Positions 46,444 to 55,183 of a DNA stretch of 64,000 nucleotides are shown piece after piece. Numbering within the stretch: the first letter of the stretch is position 1; the number at the start of each line of letters is the position of its first letter. The notes beneath the pieces were generated by a model, which worked only from the letters and a program-made list of their open reading frames with translations, was not told the DNA's origin and ran no database searches. The stretch is from Anaerolineales bacterium (GTDB lineage Bacteria > Chloroflexota > Anaerolineae > Anaerolineales > Villigracilaceae): contig DATDCZ010000029.1 of assembly GCA_036524055.1 (NCBI GenBank), positions 1,042-65,041 on the forward strand. The letters run 5' to 3'. A program made the position numbers and the translations under genes.

Positions 46444-46686
46444 ATGCTCAGGATCGAGATCGTTTACTGCGCTGTTTGACACTACACCGACCGGGCCGTG
46501 AGCCTGGCAGGTGAACTCCTGAAGCAATTTGAGCACCTTGTTGAGGCCATCGTCCTGGTACCGTCGGACGGGGGCCGATTCGAGGTGACGGTGAACGGGA
46601 AACTGGTCTATTCCAAACTCAAGACGAACCGACATGCCCAGCCGGGCGAAGTAATCGGTTTGATCAGTGAGATCGTGGAAGGTTGA
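46444..46686 (+). CDS. SelW/Rdx-family thioredoxin-fold protein, candidate selenoprotein (in-frame TGA 46477-46479 in a C-A-V-U motif)
   Basis: ATG 46444 (SD GGGAGGG) reads MLRIEIVYCAV-TGA-HYTDRAVSLAGELL..., in frame with the 62-aa ORF called from GTG 46498. This matches the Rdx pattern IEY-C-x-x-C/U...RA..LA.ELL. A hairpin at 46485-46513 follows. Confidence 0.6.
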
Positions 46687-46689
46687 AGG

Positions 46690-47676
46690 ATGCCTAAGAA
46701 GGGAAGAGTCTTTTCCGGGGCGCGTCCAACCGGGCGACAGCACCTGGGCAACTACCTGGGCGCTATCAAGAACTACGTGGCGCTGCAGGACGAATACGAC
46801 TGCGTTTATTGCATCGTGGATCTGCACGCGCTTACGACTGTGGAAGACACCGAGAATCTCAAGCAGAATACGCACGAGATGGCGCTTGACTTTCTCGCGG
46901 CAGGGATCCGACCGCAGGAATCCATCGTGTTTGTCCAATCGCACGTGCCAGAAGTGACCGAATTGCATACCATCCTCTCGATGGTCACGCCTCTCGGGAA
47001 ACTGACGGATCTGCCCACCTTCAAGGACAAGGTACGCCAGCATCCAGACAACGTGAACTACGGGCTGGTGGGTTATCCCGTATTGATGACCGCGGATATC
47101 GTGCTCTACAAGGCGAATATCGTGCCAGTCGGAATCGACCAGGCACCTCATCTGGAATTTGCCAGGGAGATCGTGCGCAGCTTCAATCATCGATACGGCA
47201 CGAAGGTGCTCATCGAGCCGCAAATCAAGACCACCGAGTATCCCAAGGTGCTGGGGATAGACGGCAGGGAGAAGATGAGCAAGAGCCTTAATAATCACAT
47301 CGAGCTGGCTGCCACGCCAGCGGAGACCAAGAAGCGAGTCCTCGAAATGGTCACGGATCCGGCAAGAATCAAGCGGACCGATCCGGGAAATCCTGATATC
47401 TGCAATGTCTTCACGATGCACAAGGTGTTTTCGCCTCAGGCCGATATCGAAATGGTCAATATCGAGTGCCGCCGAGCAGGGATTGGTTGCGTTGACTGCA
47501 AGTCCCTTTTTGCCAAGAATCTCAACCAGCACCTTGAGCCGTTCCGGGCAAGACGCGCCGAGATCGCATCCAGGCCCGACAATGTAAACGACGTGCTCAA
47601 TGACGGCGCTAAGCGTGCCCGTACGATCGCTCAGAAGACAATGGAAGACGTGCGCGCCGCCGTGGGCCTGCCCTGA
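46690..47676 (+). CDS. trpS: Tryptophan--tRNA ligase
   Basis: SGARPTGRQHLGNYLG (HIGH-type motif), KMSKS, and the class Ic size of 328 aa. Confidence 0.95.
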   Translation: MPKKGRVFSGARPTGRQHLGNYLGAIKNYVALQDEYDCVYCIVDLHALTTVEDTENLKQNTHEMALDFLAAGIRPQESIVFVQSHVPEVTELHTILSMVTPLGKLTDLPTFKDKVRQHPDNVNYGLVGYPVLMTADIVLYKANIVPVGIDQAPHLEFAREIVRSFNHRYGTKVLIEPQIKTTEYPKVLGIDGREKMSKSLNNHIELAATPAETKKRVLEMVTDPARIKRTDPGNPDICNVFTMHKVFSPQADIEMVNIECRRAGIGCVDCKSLFAKNLNQHLEPFRARRAEIASRPDNVNDVLNDGAKRARTIAQKTMEDVRAAVGLP

Positions 47677-47708
47677 GGCGCTAAAGCCCCGCCAAGTCTG
47701 TCAATGAC

Positions 47709-48146
47709 ATGCGCGTAATTTTGCAACGAGTGAGCGAAGCCAGCGTTAGCGTGGCGGAACGGCGCATCGCGCATATTTCGCGCGGTTTACTGATCCTCCT
47801 GGGGATTGGACACGAGGATGCGCAAGAACAGGCACGCTTCCTGGCCGAGAAGATCGCGAACCTGCGCGTGTTTGAGGATATCGAGGGGAAGACCAATCTG
47901 TCGATCAAAGATGTCGGCGGGGAAGCAATCGTCGTCTCGCAGTTCACCCTCTATGCGGATGTAAGTAAAGGGCGTCGGCCGTCCTTCACCGAGGCTGCGG
48001 CGCCTTCTTCAGCAGAACCCCTGGTTGAGAAGTTCATACAACTGCTCAGAGACCAAGGCGTCCCCACGCAGACCGGAGCCTTTGGGCAACATATGCAAGT
48101 GGAGATCCACAACGACGGTCCGGTTACGATCTGGCTCGAACGCTGA
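47709..48146 (+). CDS. dtd: D-aminoacyl-tRNA deacylase
   Basis: MRVILQRV...SQFTLYAD...NDGPVT, the canonical Dtd motifs. Confidence 0.9.
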   Translation: MRVILQRVSEASVSVAERRIAHISRGLLILLGIGHEDAQEQARFLAEKIANLRVFEDIEGKTNLSIKDVGGEAIVVSQFTLYADVSKGRRPSFTEAAAPSSAEPLVEKFIQLLRDQGVPTQTGAFGQHMQVEIHNDGPVTIWLER

Positions 48147-48246
48147 GTCCGCGAAATTGACCCCAACCAAGGCTTGACTTAATAAGGGGATACAGGTACA
48201 TTTGGGGCCTGTAGGATGCAAGTAGGTTTTCGTTGGGAATGGTGAC

Positions 48247-48278
48247 GACGGCTCAAAGCAGAACTGCTTTGAGCCGTC
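48247..48278 (+). promoter_or_regulatory. 15-bp perfect hairpin in the long csp leader (candidate attenuator or thermosensor)
   Basis: GACGGCTCAAAGCAG-AA-CTGCTTTGAGCCGTC followed by TTGATT. It lies between the candidate promoter TTGACT-17-TACATT (48172-48200) and the csp ATG at 48342. Confidence 0.4.
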
Positions 48279-48341
48279 TTGATTGACCGCCGATGAAACA
48301 CATACTACATCACTCAATCTAATTTGCCATAAGGAGGCAAA

Positions 48342-48554
48342 ATGTCAGAACGTGTTGTCGGTACGGTCAAGTGGTTCAATGGTGAAAAGGGCTACGGTTT
48401 CCTCGCTCGCGAGGGTGGACCGGACGTCTTTGTTCACTACAGCTCGATCGAGGGCGAAGGTTTCCGAAACCTGCAGGAGGGCCAGAAGGTGGAATTCACC
48501 ATCGAGAAGGGCCCCAAGGGTTTGCAGGCAGCCGCCGTCCGCGTCGTCGCCTAA
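48342..48554 (+). CDS. cspA: Cold-shock protein (CspA family)
   Basis: RNP1 KGYGFL and RNP2 VFVHYS; 70 aa. Confidence 0.95.
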   Translation: MSERVVGTVKWFNGEKGYGFLAREGGPDVFVHYSSIEGEGFRNLQEGQKVEFTIEKGPKGLQAAAVRVVA

Positions 48555-48569
48555 AGACCGGACACAAGG

Positions 48570-48606
48570 GAAGAGCCTCGTCATGCGACGAGGCTCTTCT
48601 TTTTTT
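48570..48606 (+). terminator. Rho-independent terminator after csp
   Basis: GAAGAGCCTCGTC-ATGC-GACGAGGCTCTTC followed by TTTTTTT. The stop codon of the convergent minus-strand gene lies in the loop. Confidence 0.85.
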
Positions 48607-49342
48607 GGGTAGGAAGCCAGAGCAGTGCATCCACCTCAACCGCCATTGCCCCCGCCTCAAGCATGAGGTGTGCGCTGGCATCGGAGAAGATGCCATTGGA
48701 GCCTATCAGCGGGAGTCCCAACTTCGTGGCAGCTTGCACCGATTGAAGCGACAATGGAAAGAGGGAAGGTCCCAACAACCTCCCGCTAACGACGACGCCG
48801 GCGTGGTCCAAGGCTCCGCGTGGCGCCGCCAGACTACAGGCGATTGCCCCAGTCTCCAGGACTCTGGGGCCAAGGCGCAGCAACTGCCCGGCGGCCAGGT
48901 TGACGATCACCGGAAGTTCGCCGATGCCCATCTCGACGGCAAGCAAGATCAGGTCATCAGCAAGCAGGGGCGCAAAACCCAGTTCGACGGCGAGAACATT
49001 GTCCACTCCCTCGAGGGCCGCGACCATTTGCCGGGTTTCATCGGGCCGGTCCGCCATGAGATGGACAATGATTGGAAGGCGCGCCTGGCTCCATGCGCGT
49101 GAGAAGTGATTCAGGCAACTACGAAAACCCGGATTGGGGAGACCGGTGTGGAGCAAGAACCCTCCGGGGAATTCGACAAGCTGGGGCGTCTCTGCGGGAA
49201 AGCGCGGCCGCATGGAAATGGGGTTGGTAATGAAGGCGCCCAGTTCCTCCCAAAGGATTGGCATGCGTGAGTCAGGGGCAAAGCCGAGAGTGCCCGCGGC
49301 ATTTAGTATTGGTTTGACGAAGTCGAGGTCTCGTTTTGGCAT
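48581..49342 (-). CDS. Dihydroorotate-dehydrogenase-like TIM-barrel protein (divergent, short)
   Basis: ILNAAGTLGF...TGLPNPG...IIVHL...GSNGI pattern resembles class 1 DHOD-family proteins, but canonical GNP.PR and catalytic motifs are altered. Confidence 0.5.
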   Translation of the reverse strand: MPKRDLDFVKPILNAAGTLGFAPDSRMPILWEELGAFITNPISMRPRFPAETPQLVEFPGGFLLHTGLPNPGFRSCLNHFSRAWSQARLPIIVHLMADRPDETRQMVAALEGVDNVLAVELGFAPLLADDLILLAVEMGIGELPVIVNLAAGQLLRLGPRVLETGAIACSLAAPRGALDHAGVVVSGRLLGPSLFPLSLQSVQAATKLGLPLIGSNGIFSDASAHLMLEAGAMAVEVDALLWLPTQKKKSLVA

Positions 49343-49458
49343 ATCACCCCGCTCGCAGGTGGGATAACAACGAAGGGCAATGTGCCGCCGTGAGGCGGGC
49401 CCCTAGCCATGGGCGCAAGGTCAGGCCCGACTCTGTGAACGCGGTCGCAGACTGAATC

Positions 49459-50799
49459 TTAACCGGGGACAGCCGCCGCCTCAATGGCCTGCAGCATCTC
49501 ATCGTTTGTTGCGAACTTGAATTCCGGAAGACCGCGCTTGGCAGCCTCTGCCTGCTCAACGGCCTCAAGCTTCTTGAGCTCATCCAGGGTGATCACGGTC
49601 TTGGGTAGGGAGCGCATCTTTGCGGCCAGCGCCGAAAGATCAGGCGTGGCAGCGGGGAGGGACTCGAGGTATTGAGAGACTGCTTTGGCTGCGTTTGTGC
49701 CGTCCTTGCGGGCAAGGCCCACCAGGCCATTGCTCGCTTTCCGCGACCAGCCGCCATAGAAGACATCGACAATCGGGGAGCCGGTGCCTGGTTCGAAGGC
49801 TTCGTACGAGTTGCCGTCAACAGGGTAGCGAGGGACAGGGGCTTTGACGAATTCGCTTGCGTCCACAGGCAGGCCGAATGAGGCATCAACTTGATCGCCA
49901 ATGGCAAAGATCACCGTGTCTACATCAAGCAGGCGTTTGTGACCAGTGCCACGCGGCCTGACCGCGCCATCCTTGAGAACCAGCTCATTATCCTCCACCT
50001 CGAGTTGAGCCAGGTTGCCATCCTGGCCCAGCATGCGGGAGGGGGAGGCAAGGAACTCGAATCGGAAACGCGTGTCGGCCATCTTGGGATCGGCCTTGGG
50101 CATGGCCTCCAGAATCTTCTGGCGACCGATATCGACATCCTCGTTGATTGCCTGAAGGGCGGGACGGACGCGCTGCAACTCGGCCTCGAAGGCCTCGAGA
50201 TCGAGATTGGCGATGATGTGTTTCATCTCTTCCTTGGTGAAATTCACCTCGGCAGGGCCGCGTCGAACGACGCAGATGATCTCATCCACCTTCATTTCGC
50301 GAATAAGATAGCGCGAGACATCCACCATCACGTTACCGGCACCAATGATGGCGCAGCGCTTTCCGATCCTGAACTGCCACTCGCTGTAGGGTGGCAGTTT
50401 GTTGTAGTGATAGACAAGATCCTTGGCATGATAGACGCCTTTGAGGTCCTCCCCAGGCAACCCCAACCACTTGGTCCCTTGCGCGCCGGCCGTCACAAGA
50501 ATCGCCTGGAAGCCGAGATCGCGCAGGTCATCCAACGTCAAGTCCCCGTGCTGCCCGATGGTGATGTTGCCGTAGTAAGTGATGCCGAGATTCCCGAGGA
50601 CCTGCTCGAACTGCTTGCGCAAGCCGCCCTTCATCGTGAGTTTCTCCGGGTAGATGCCGTATTCGGCGAGGCCCCCGGGCTTGATGTCACGGTTAAACAG
50701 GACGACCTGGTTACCTGCCAGAGCAAGCTCACGTGCTCCGAACAGTCCAGCCGGCCCTGCACCGATCACAGCGATGTAGTGAGACTTCTGATCTGACAA
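49459..50799 (-). CDS. FAD/NAD(P)-binding oxidoreductase (FprA/adrenodoxin-reductase- or GltD-like)
   Basis: IAVIGAGPAGLFGAREL, PGGLAEYGI and a second Rossmann motif CAIIGAGNVMVDV. Confidence 0.7.
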   Translation of the reverse strand: MSDQKSHYIAVIGAGPAGLFGARELALAGNQVVLFNRDIKPGGLAEYGIYPEKLTMKGGLRKQFEQVLGNLGITYYGNITIGQHGDLTLDDLRDLGFQAILVTAGAQGTKWLGLPGEDLKGVYHAKDLVYHYNKLPPYSEWQFRIGKRCAIIGAGNVMVDVSRYLIREMKVDEIICVVRRGPAEVNFTKEEMKHIIANLDLEAFEAELQRVRPALQAINEDVDIGRQKILEAMPKADPKMADTRFRFEFLASPSRMLGQDGNLAQLEVEDNELVLKDGAVRPRGTGHKRLLDVDTVIFAIGDQVDASFGLPVDASEFVKAPVPRYPVDGNSYEAFEPGTGSPIVDVFYGGWSRKASNGLVGLARKDGTNAAKAVSQYLESLPAATPDLSALAAKMRSLPKTVITLDELKKLEAVEQAEAAKRGLPEFKFATNDEMLQAIEAAAVPG

Positions 50800-51058
50800 T
50801 CTTCCTCCCGATCCTGTGCGGACAAAACGGGCAGATTATATTTGAAATGAGGGGCCTGCACAAGTGCACCGGATAAGCGTGCACTTATTGTAGTCGTGGA
50901 TAGGCACGGCCGGTTACGGCGCAGATGACATAAATGCGAGCCAGAGGGCGCGGTGCGAGCGGCCTCCCGCCGATTTTCGCGTGGGCATTTACAAATCGAG
51001 CGTGCGCTCAACTGAGATGCCTGTGTTAAGATTGACAACGAGGCACTAAGGAGGACGT

Positions 51059-51814
51059 ATGACGCTCCCCGACGATAAGCGACGAGGGACGCCGCGGGAC
51101 CGATTCCGTGAGATTATCGCCGCGGAAAAGGAGGAGGCATCCGCACCCGAGCCGCGAAAACCGGTTGTGGTGAACCTACCGAAGATTGGCGCAGTCGCAG
51201 AAGAACCCTCCCCGTCCACGGCGCCCGAAGCCGCAAGCCGGTCAAGCCTGGCTGGAAAACTCTCGGCTGCGCGCCCCGGCCCAACCTTCTGGACTGCAGG
51301 GGCGATCCTTTCCATCTTTGCCAACCTAGTGCTTTTCATCATGCTGATCAGCGCCTGGCGGGGATTGAGTGCAGTGAACCCCGGCGGCGGCGGACTGCTG
51401 GCGCTCTATACGAGCCTCGAACAGATGGACCAAGCGCATGTTCGGACGACGATCCCGGTGACGACTACGGTGGCGGTGGATGCCAGCATCCCAGTGAAGT
51501 CATCCACCAACATCACCCTGGCTCGCGATGTGCTGATCCAAGGCGCGCACGTGACTATCAACACGGGTCTTTTCAACATCGACGCGCCGGCTGCCGTGAC
51601 TCTGCCTGCAGGCACCTCGCTGGATGTGGACCTGGACATGACTCTCCCGATGAAAACCAACTTGCCGATCTCAGTGAGTGTGCCCGTCGACATCGCGATT
51701 CAGGATACCGAACTGCATGCAGCCATCCAGGGATTGAAAAACGCCCTGCGGCCGCTCATTTGCGCCTCTACGCCGGGGGCGATGCTTGCTGACGGTTCCC
51801 TGGTTTGCCACTGA
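51059..51814 (+). CDS. Hypothetical single-pass membrane protein
   Basis: Charged N-terminus, one transmembrane segment (AGAILSIFANLVLFIMLISAW), Thr/Val-rich C-terminal domain. AAGGAGG SD upstream. No family recognised. Confidence 0.5.
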   Translation: MTLPDDKRRGTPRDRFREIIAAEKEEASAPEPRKPVVVNLPKIGAVAEEPSPSTAPEAASRSSLAGKLSAARPGPTFWTAGAILSIFANLVLFIMLISAWRGLSAVNPGGGGLLALYTSLEQMDQAHVRTTIPVTTTVAVDASIPVKSSTNITLARDVLIQGAHVTINTGLFNIDAPAAVTLPAGTSLDVDLDMTLPMKTNLPISVSVPVDIAIQDTELHAAIQGLKNALRPLICASTPGAMLADGSLVCH

Positions 51815-51861
51815 GCCCAATCGGTGCGGTGAAAGAGCCGCGGCAGGTATAATGCCGCCCT

Positions 51862-53154
51862 ATGCCCAAAACCCATACGAAGACCAAACTGGCCAACGGC
51901 CTGAGCGTACTGCTGAAAGAAATCCACACAACACCGCTGATATCGCTGTGGGTCTGGTACCGCGTGGGCTCGCGAGACGAGGTTCCGCCGATCACCGGCA
52001 TCTCGCACCTGGTAGAGCACATGCAGTTCAAGGGCACGCGACGATTTCCGGCCGAGGTCATGGACAAGGCTGTGGCGCGCGAGGGCGGTACGCGCAATGC
52101 CTTCACATTCCTGGATTGGACCACGTACTTTGAGACCATGCCGGCCAACAAGATCGACCTGGCGCTGCGGCTCGAAGCCGACCGGATGGTGCACAGCCTG
52201 TTCGATGCGGGCGAGCTGGCTTCCGAACGGACCGTGGTGATATCCGAGCGGGAGGGGCATGAGAACGAACCGATGTTCCTGCTCAGCGAGGCAGTGCAGC
52301 ATGCCGCATTCCGCGTACATCCATATCACCATGAGATCATCGGCGATATGGCGGACTTGCGAACGATGCAGCGCGAGGACCTGTACCGGCATTACAAGTC
52401 CTATTACGTCCCGAACAATGCGATCATCAGCGTGGCCGGCGATTTCGATGCCGCGACCATGCTTGAGAAGATCCGCAAAGTCTTCGAGCCCATTCCTGCA
52501 GGAAACATCCCGCCGCGCCTGAGTCGGCTGGAACCGGAGCCGAGGGGCGAAACGCGGGTGACGGTGGAGGGCCCGGGCGAAACAGCCTATGTCCAGGCGG
52601 CATACCGCTTCCCACCGGCATCGCACCCGGATTTTTTCGCGCTATCCGTTCTGGACAGCCTGCTGGCGGGACCGAGCAACCTGAACATGTTCGGGGGCGG
52701 CGGCATCTCGAACAAGACATCGCGCCTGTACCGCGCGCTGGTGGATAAGCAATTCGCCGTGGGCTTTTCGGGCGGATCCAACTTGACGGTGGACCCATTC
52801 CTATACTCGATCTCGATCACCATGCATCCAAAACGAAAGCCGGAGGAGGCGCTGGCCGCGCTGGACCGCGAGATAAGCCGGATACAGAACGAGGCAGTTG
52901 CGCCGGGCGAGGTCGCCCGGGCCATCAAGCAGGCCAAGGCGAACTTTGCGTACGGAACTGAGAACATTAGCAACCAGGCTTTCTGGCTGGGGTACGCCGA
53001 GATGTTTGCCACCTATGCGTGGTTCGAGACGTACATTGACAAGCTGGCGGCAGTGACGCGGCACGAGATCCGTGAAGCGGCACAGAAGTATCTGCAACCC
53101 CGCTCGCGAGTCGTGGGAATCTATGTTCCGACCGGCAATGGTGCGGCGAAATGA
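51862..53154 (+). CDS. M16-family zinc peptidase (catalytic subunit)
   Basis: Inverted zinc motif HLVEHMQFKG (HxxEH) near the N-terminus; 430 aa. Confidence 0.9.
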   Translation: MPKTHTKTKLANGLSVLLKEIHTTPLISLWVWYRVGSRDEVPPITGISHLVEHMQFKGTRRFPAEVMDKAVAREGGTRNAFTFLDWTTYFETMPANKIDLALRLEADRMVHSLFDAGELASERTVVISEREGHENEPMFLLSEAVQHAAFRVHPYHHEIIGDMADLRTMQREDLYRHYKSYYVPNNAIISVAGDFDAATMLEKIRKVFEPIPAGNIPPRLSRLEPEPRGETRVTVEGPGETAYVQAAYRFPPASHPDFFALSVLDSLLAGPSNLNMFGGGGISNKTSRLYRALVDKQFAVGFSGGSNLTVDPFLYSISITMHPKRKPEEALAALDREISRIQNEAVAPGEVARAIKQAKANFAYGTENISNQAFWLGYAEMFATYAWFETYIDKLAAVTRHEIREAAQKYLQPRSRVVGIYVPTGNGAAK

Positions 53155-54443
53155 GCGGCCGAAGCGGCGTGCGCGATGATTGGAAGAAATCACTTCCCGG
53201 ACCGGAGAATATCCACCGCGAAGTGCTGAGCAACGGCATCACAATATTGGCGCGATCGAACTTCAGCAGCCCCTCTGTCACTATCAGCGGCTTCGTGAAG
53301 AGCGGAAGCATGCTGGATCCAGAAGCCAAGCTGGGGCTGGCCGATTTCACGACATCGGCGCTGATGCGGGGCACGCAGAAGCACAGCTTCGACGCTCTGT
53401 ACAGCGCGCTCGAATCGGTCGGGGCGAGCCTGGGACTTGACTCAGGCATGAACACGACGGGTTTCCACGGCCACGCGCTTTCAGAGGACCTGCCACTGTT
53501 GATCCGATTGCTCTCGGAGGTGCTGCGCGAGCCAACGTTCCCTGCAAAGGAAATCGAGAAGCTGCGGCACAATCTTCTTACCGGATTGGCCATACGCGCC
53601 CAGGACACGGCGGACATGGCAGACCTGAGCTTTGACAGCATCCTGTACCGCGGACATCCGTATGCGCGGCCGGAGGATGGATATCCCAAGACCATCAAAG
53701 CCATCCGACGCGAGGACCTGGTGCGCTTCCACAAGGCAAGTTTCGGTCCGAAGGGCATGGTCATGGTAGTGGTGGGCGCAGTCGATCCGAAGAAGGCAGC
53801 CGAGGTTGTGCACCGGGCGCTGGGGTCATGGAAGAACGCGGCGCAAGTCGTGTGCGAGCCGCCAGGAGATCCGCGGCCACTCCGGCAAACCACCAGGCGT
53901 CATCATAAGATCGCTGGAAAGGCGCAGGCAGACCTGATCGTCGGCACGAATGGGCCGAGGCGTACTGATCCGTTGTGGCTGCCGGCCTCACTGGGCAACT
54001 CCGTGCTGGGGCAGTTCGGGATGATGGGACGTATCGGGAAATCGGTGCGGGAAGAATCCGGATTGGCATACTACGCGTACTCCAGCGTGAGCTCGGGCCT
54101 GGGACCCGGCGCATGGACCGTGAGCGCGGGCGTGAACCCGACGAACGTTGAGAAGGCGACGGAACTGATCACGCGCGAACTACGCGGCTTTGTTGCAAGG
54201 GGCGTGACGCCGGAGGAGCTGGCTGACAACAAGGCCAACTTTGTGGGCAGGCTGCCGCTTTCGCTGGAATCCAACGCGGGCGTGGCCAGTGCGCTGCTCA
54301 ACATCGAGCGGTACCAACTGGGCATGGATTACTACCAGCGCTATGCCAGCCGCATCCGCGGCATCACGCGCGAGCAGGTGCAAGAGGCGGCGCGCAAGTT
54401 CATCGACCCCGACCGGCTGGTCATCGCGTCCGCGGGTCCGTAG
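53151..54443 (+). CDS. M16-family peptidase, non-catalytic partner subunit
   Basis: Same size and fold pattern, but the HxxEH position reads LADFTTSALMRG. The start overlaps the upstream stop (ATGA). Confidence 0.85.
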   Translation: MSGRSGVRDDWKKSLPGPENIHREVLSNGITILARSNFSSPSVTISGFVKSGSMLDPEAKLGLADFTTSALMRGTQKHSFDALYSALESVGASLGLDSGMNTTGFHGHALSEDLPLLIRLLSEVLREPTFPAKEIEKLRHNLLTGLAIRAQDTADMADLSFDSILYRGHPYARPEDGYPKTIKAIRREDLVRFHKASFGPKGMVMVVVGAVDPKKAAEVVHRALGSWKNAAQVVCEPPGDPRPLRQTTRRHHKIAGKAQADLIVGTNGPRRTDPLWLPASLGNSVLGQFGMMGRIGKSVREESGLAYYAYSSVSSGLGPGAWTVSAGVNPTNVEKATELITRELRGFVARGVTPEELADNKANFVGRLPLSLESNAGVASALLNIERYQLGMDYYQRYASRIRGITREQVQEAARKFIDPDRLVIASAGP

Positions 54444-54466
54444 AGAGGGTGGGGCAGGGCAGCGTG

Positions 54467-54838
54467 ATGCTGAGAACGGGCGTTGACCTGATCGAGATAG
54501 ACCGCGTGCAGGAAGTCCTGCGGCGCCACGGAGAACGCTACCTCGAGCGCGTCTACACCGAGGCAGAGCTCGCGCAGGGCCACAACAATGCCCAGTATCT
54601 GGCAGGGCGCTTCGCCGCCAAAGAAGCCGTTGCAAAGGCGCTGGGGACCGGGATCGGCATGGTCGCGTGGCAAGAGATCGAGGTGCTGGGTGACGACCAG
54701 AACGCACCGATTCTGAAGCTCTCGGGGGCGGCACGCAAACGAGCGGAAGAGCTTGGCTTGACCGAATGGTCTTTGAGCATCAGTCACAGCATGACACATG
54801 CAGTGGCGGTTGCGGTGGCGATGGGCGAGAAGAAGTAG
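54467..54838 (+). CDS. acpS: Holo-[acyl-carrier-protein] synthase
   Basis: MLRTGVDLIEIDRV...FAAKEAVAKALGTG...SISHS, the canonical AcpS pattern. Confidence 0.85.
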   Translation: MLRTGVDLIEIDRVQEVLRRHGERYLERVYTEAELAQGHNNAQYLAGRFAAKEAVAKALGTGIGMVAWQEIEVLGDDQNAPILKLSGAARKRAEELGLTEWSLSISHSMTHAVAVAVAMGEKK

Positions 54839-54841
54839 AAG

Positions 54842-55174
54842 CTAAGGCCGAGAGGACCGACGTGCCCGTCTTGCGACGGGCTGGAAGAGCAGCCGGCGGG
54901 AAAAAGTGGCGGGCCTGGTTTCGGCACGTGCGTACAAGCTCAGGGGGCGATCAACGTCGATACCAATCCACAAATGATGCGGCGGAAGGGCCGCGTATTC
55001 CCGGAGCGCAACGCCGCCCACGCGTGAGCCATCTCTCGGAATTGCGCCGGGAGGAACGAGGCATAGCGTGGGCTCGCGGTGAAAGCGGCTCCGGTAGTAA
55101 GCGGTGGCGCGGGCGACGGCATTTTGAAGGCCCAGCTGCGGACCATCATCAAGCCAGAAGATCCCAGTAAGCAT
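54842..55174 (-). CDS. Hypothetical protein (third gene of the SOS-box cassette)
   Basis: 110-aa ORF. GAGGTG SD 5 nt upstream overlaps the stop of the preceding gene (translational coupling). No motif recognised. Confidence 0.45.
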   Translation of the reverse strand: MLTGIFWLDDGPQLGLQNAVARATAYYRSRFHREPTLCLVPPGAIPRDGSRVGGVALREYAALPPHHLWIGIDVDRPLSLYARAETRPATFSRRLLFQPVARRARRSSRP

Positions 55175-55183
55175 CAGAGCACC

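Noticed and set aside
46405-47532. 375-aa minus-strand ORF
   Set aside because: It is antisense to the SelW-like gene and trpS (HIGH-type and KMSKS motifs are present on the plus strand).
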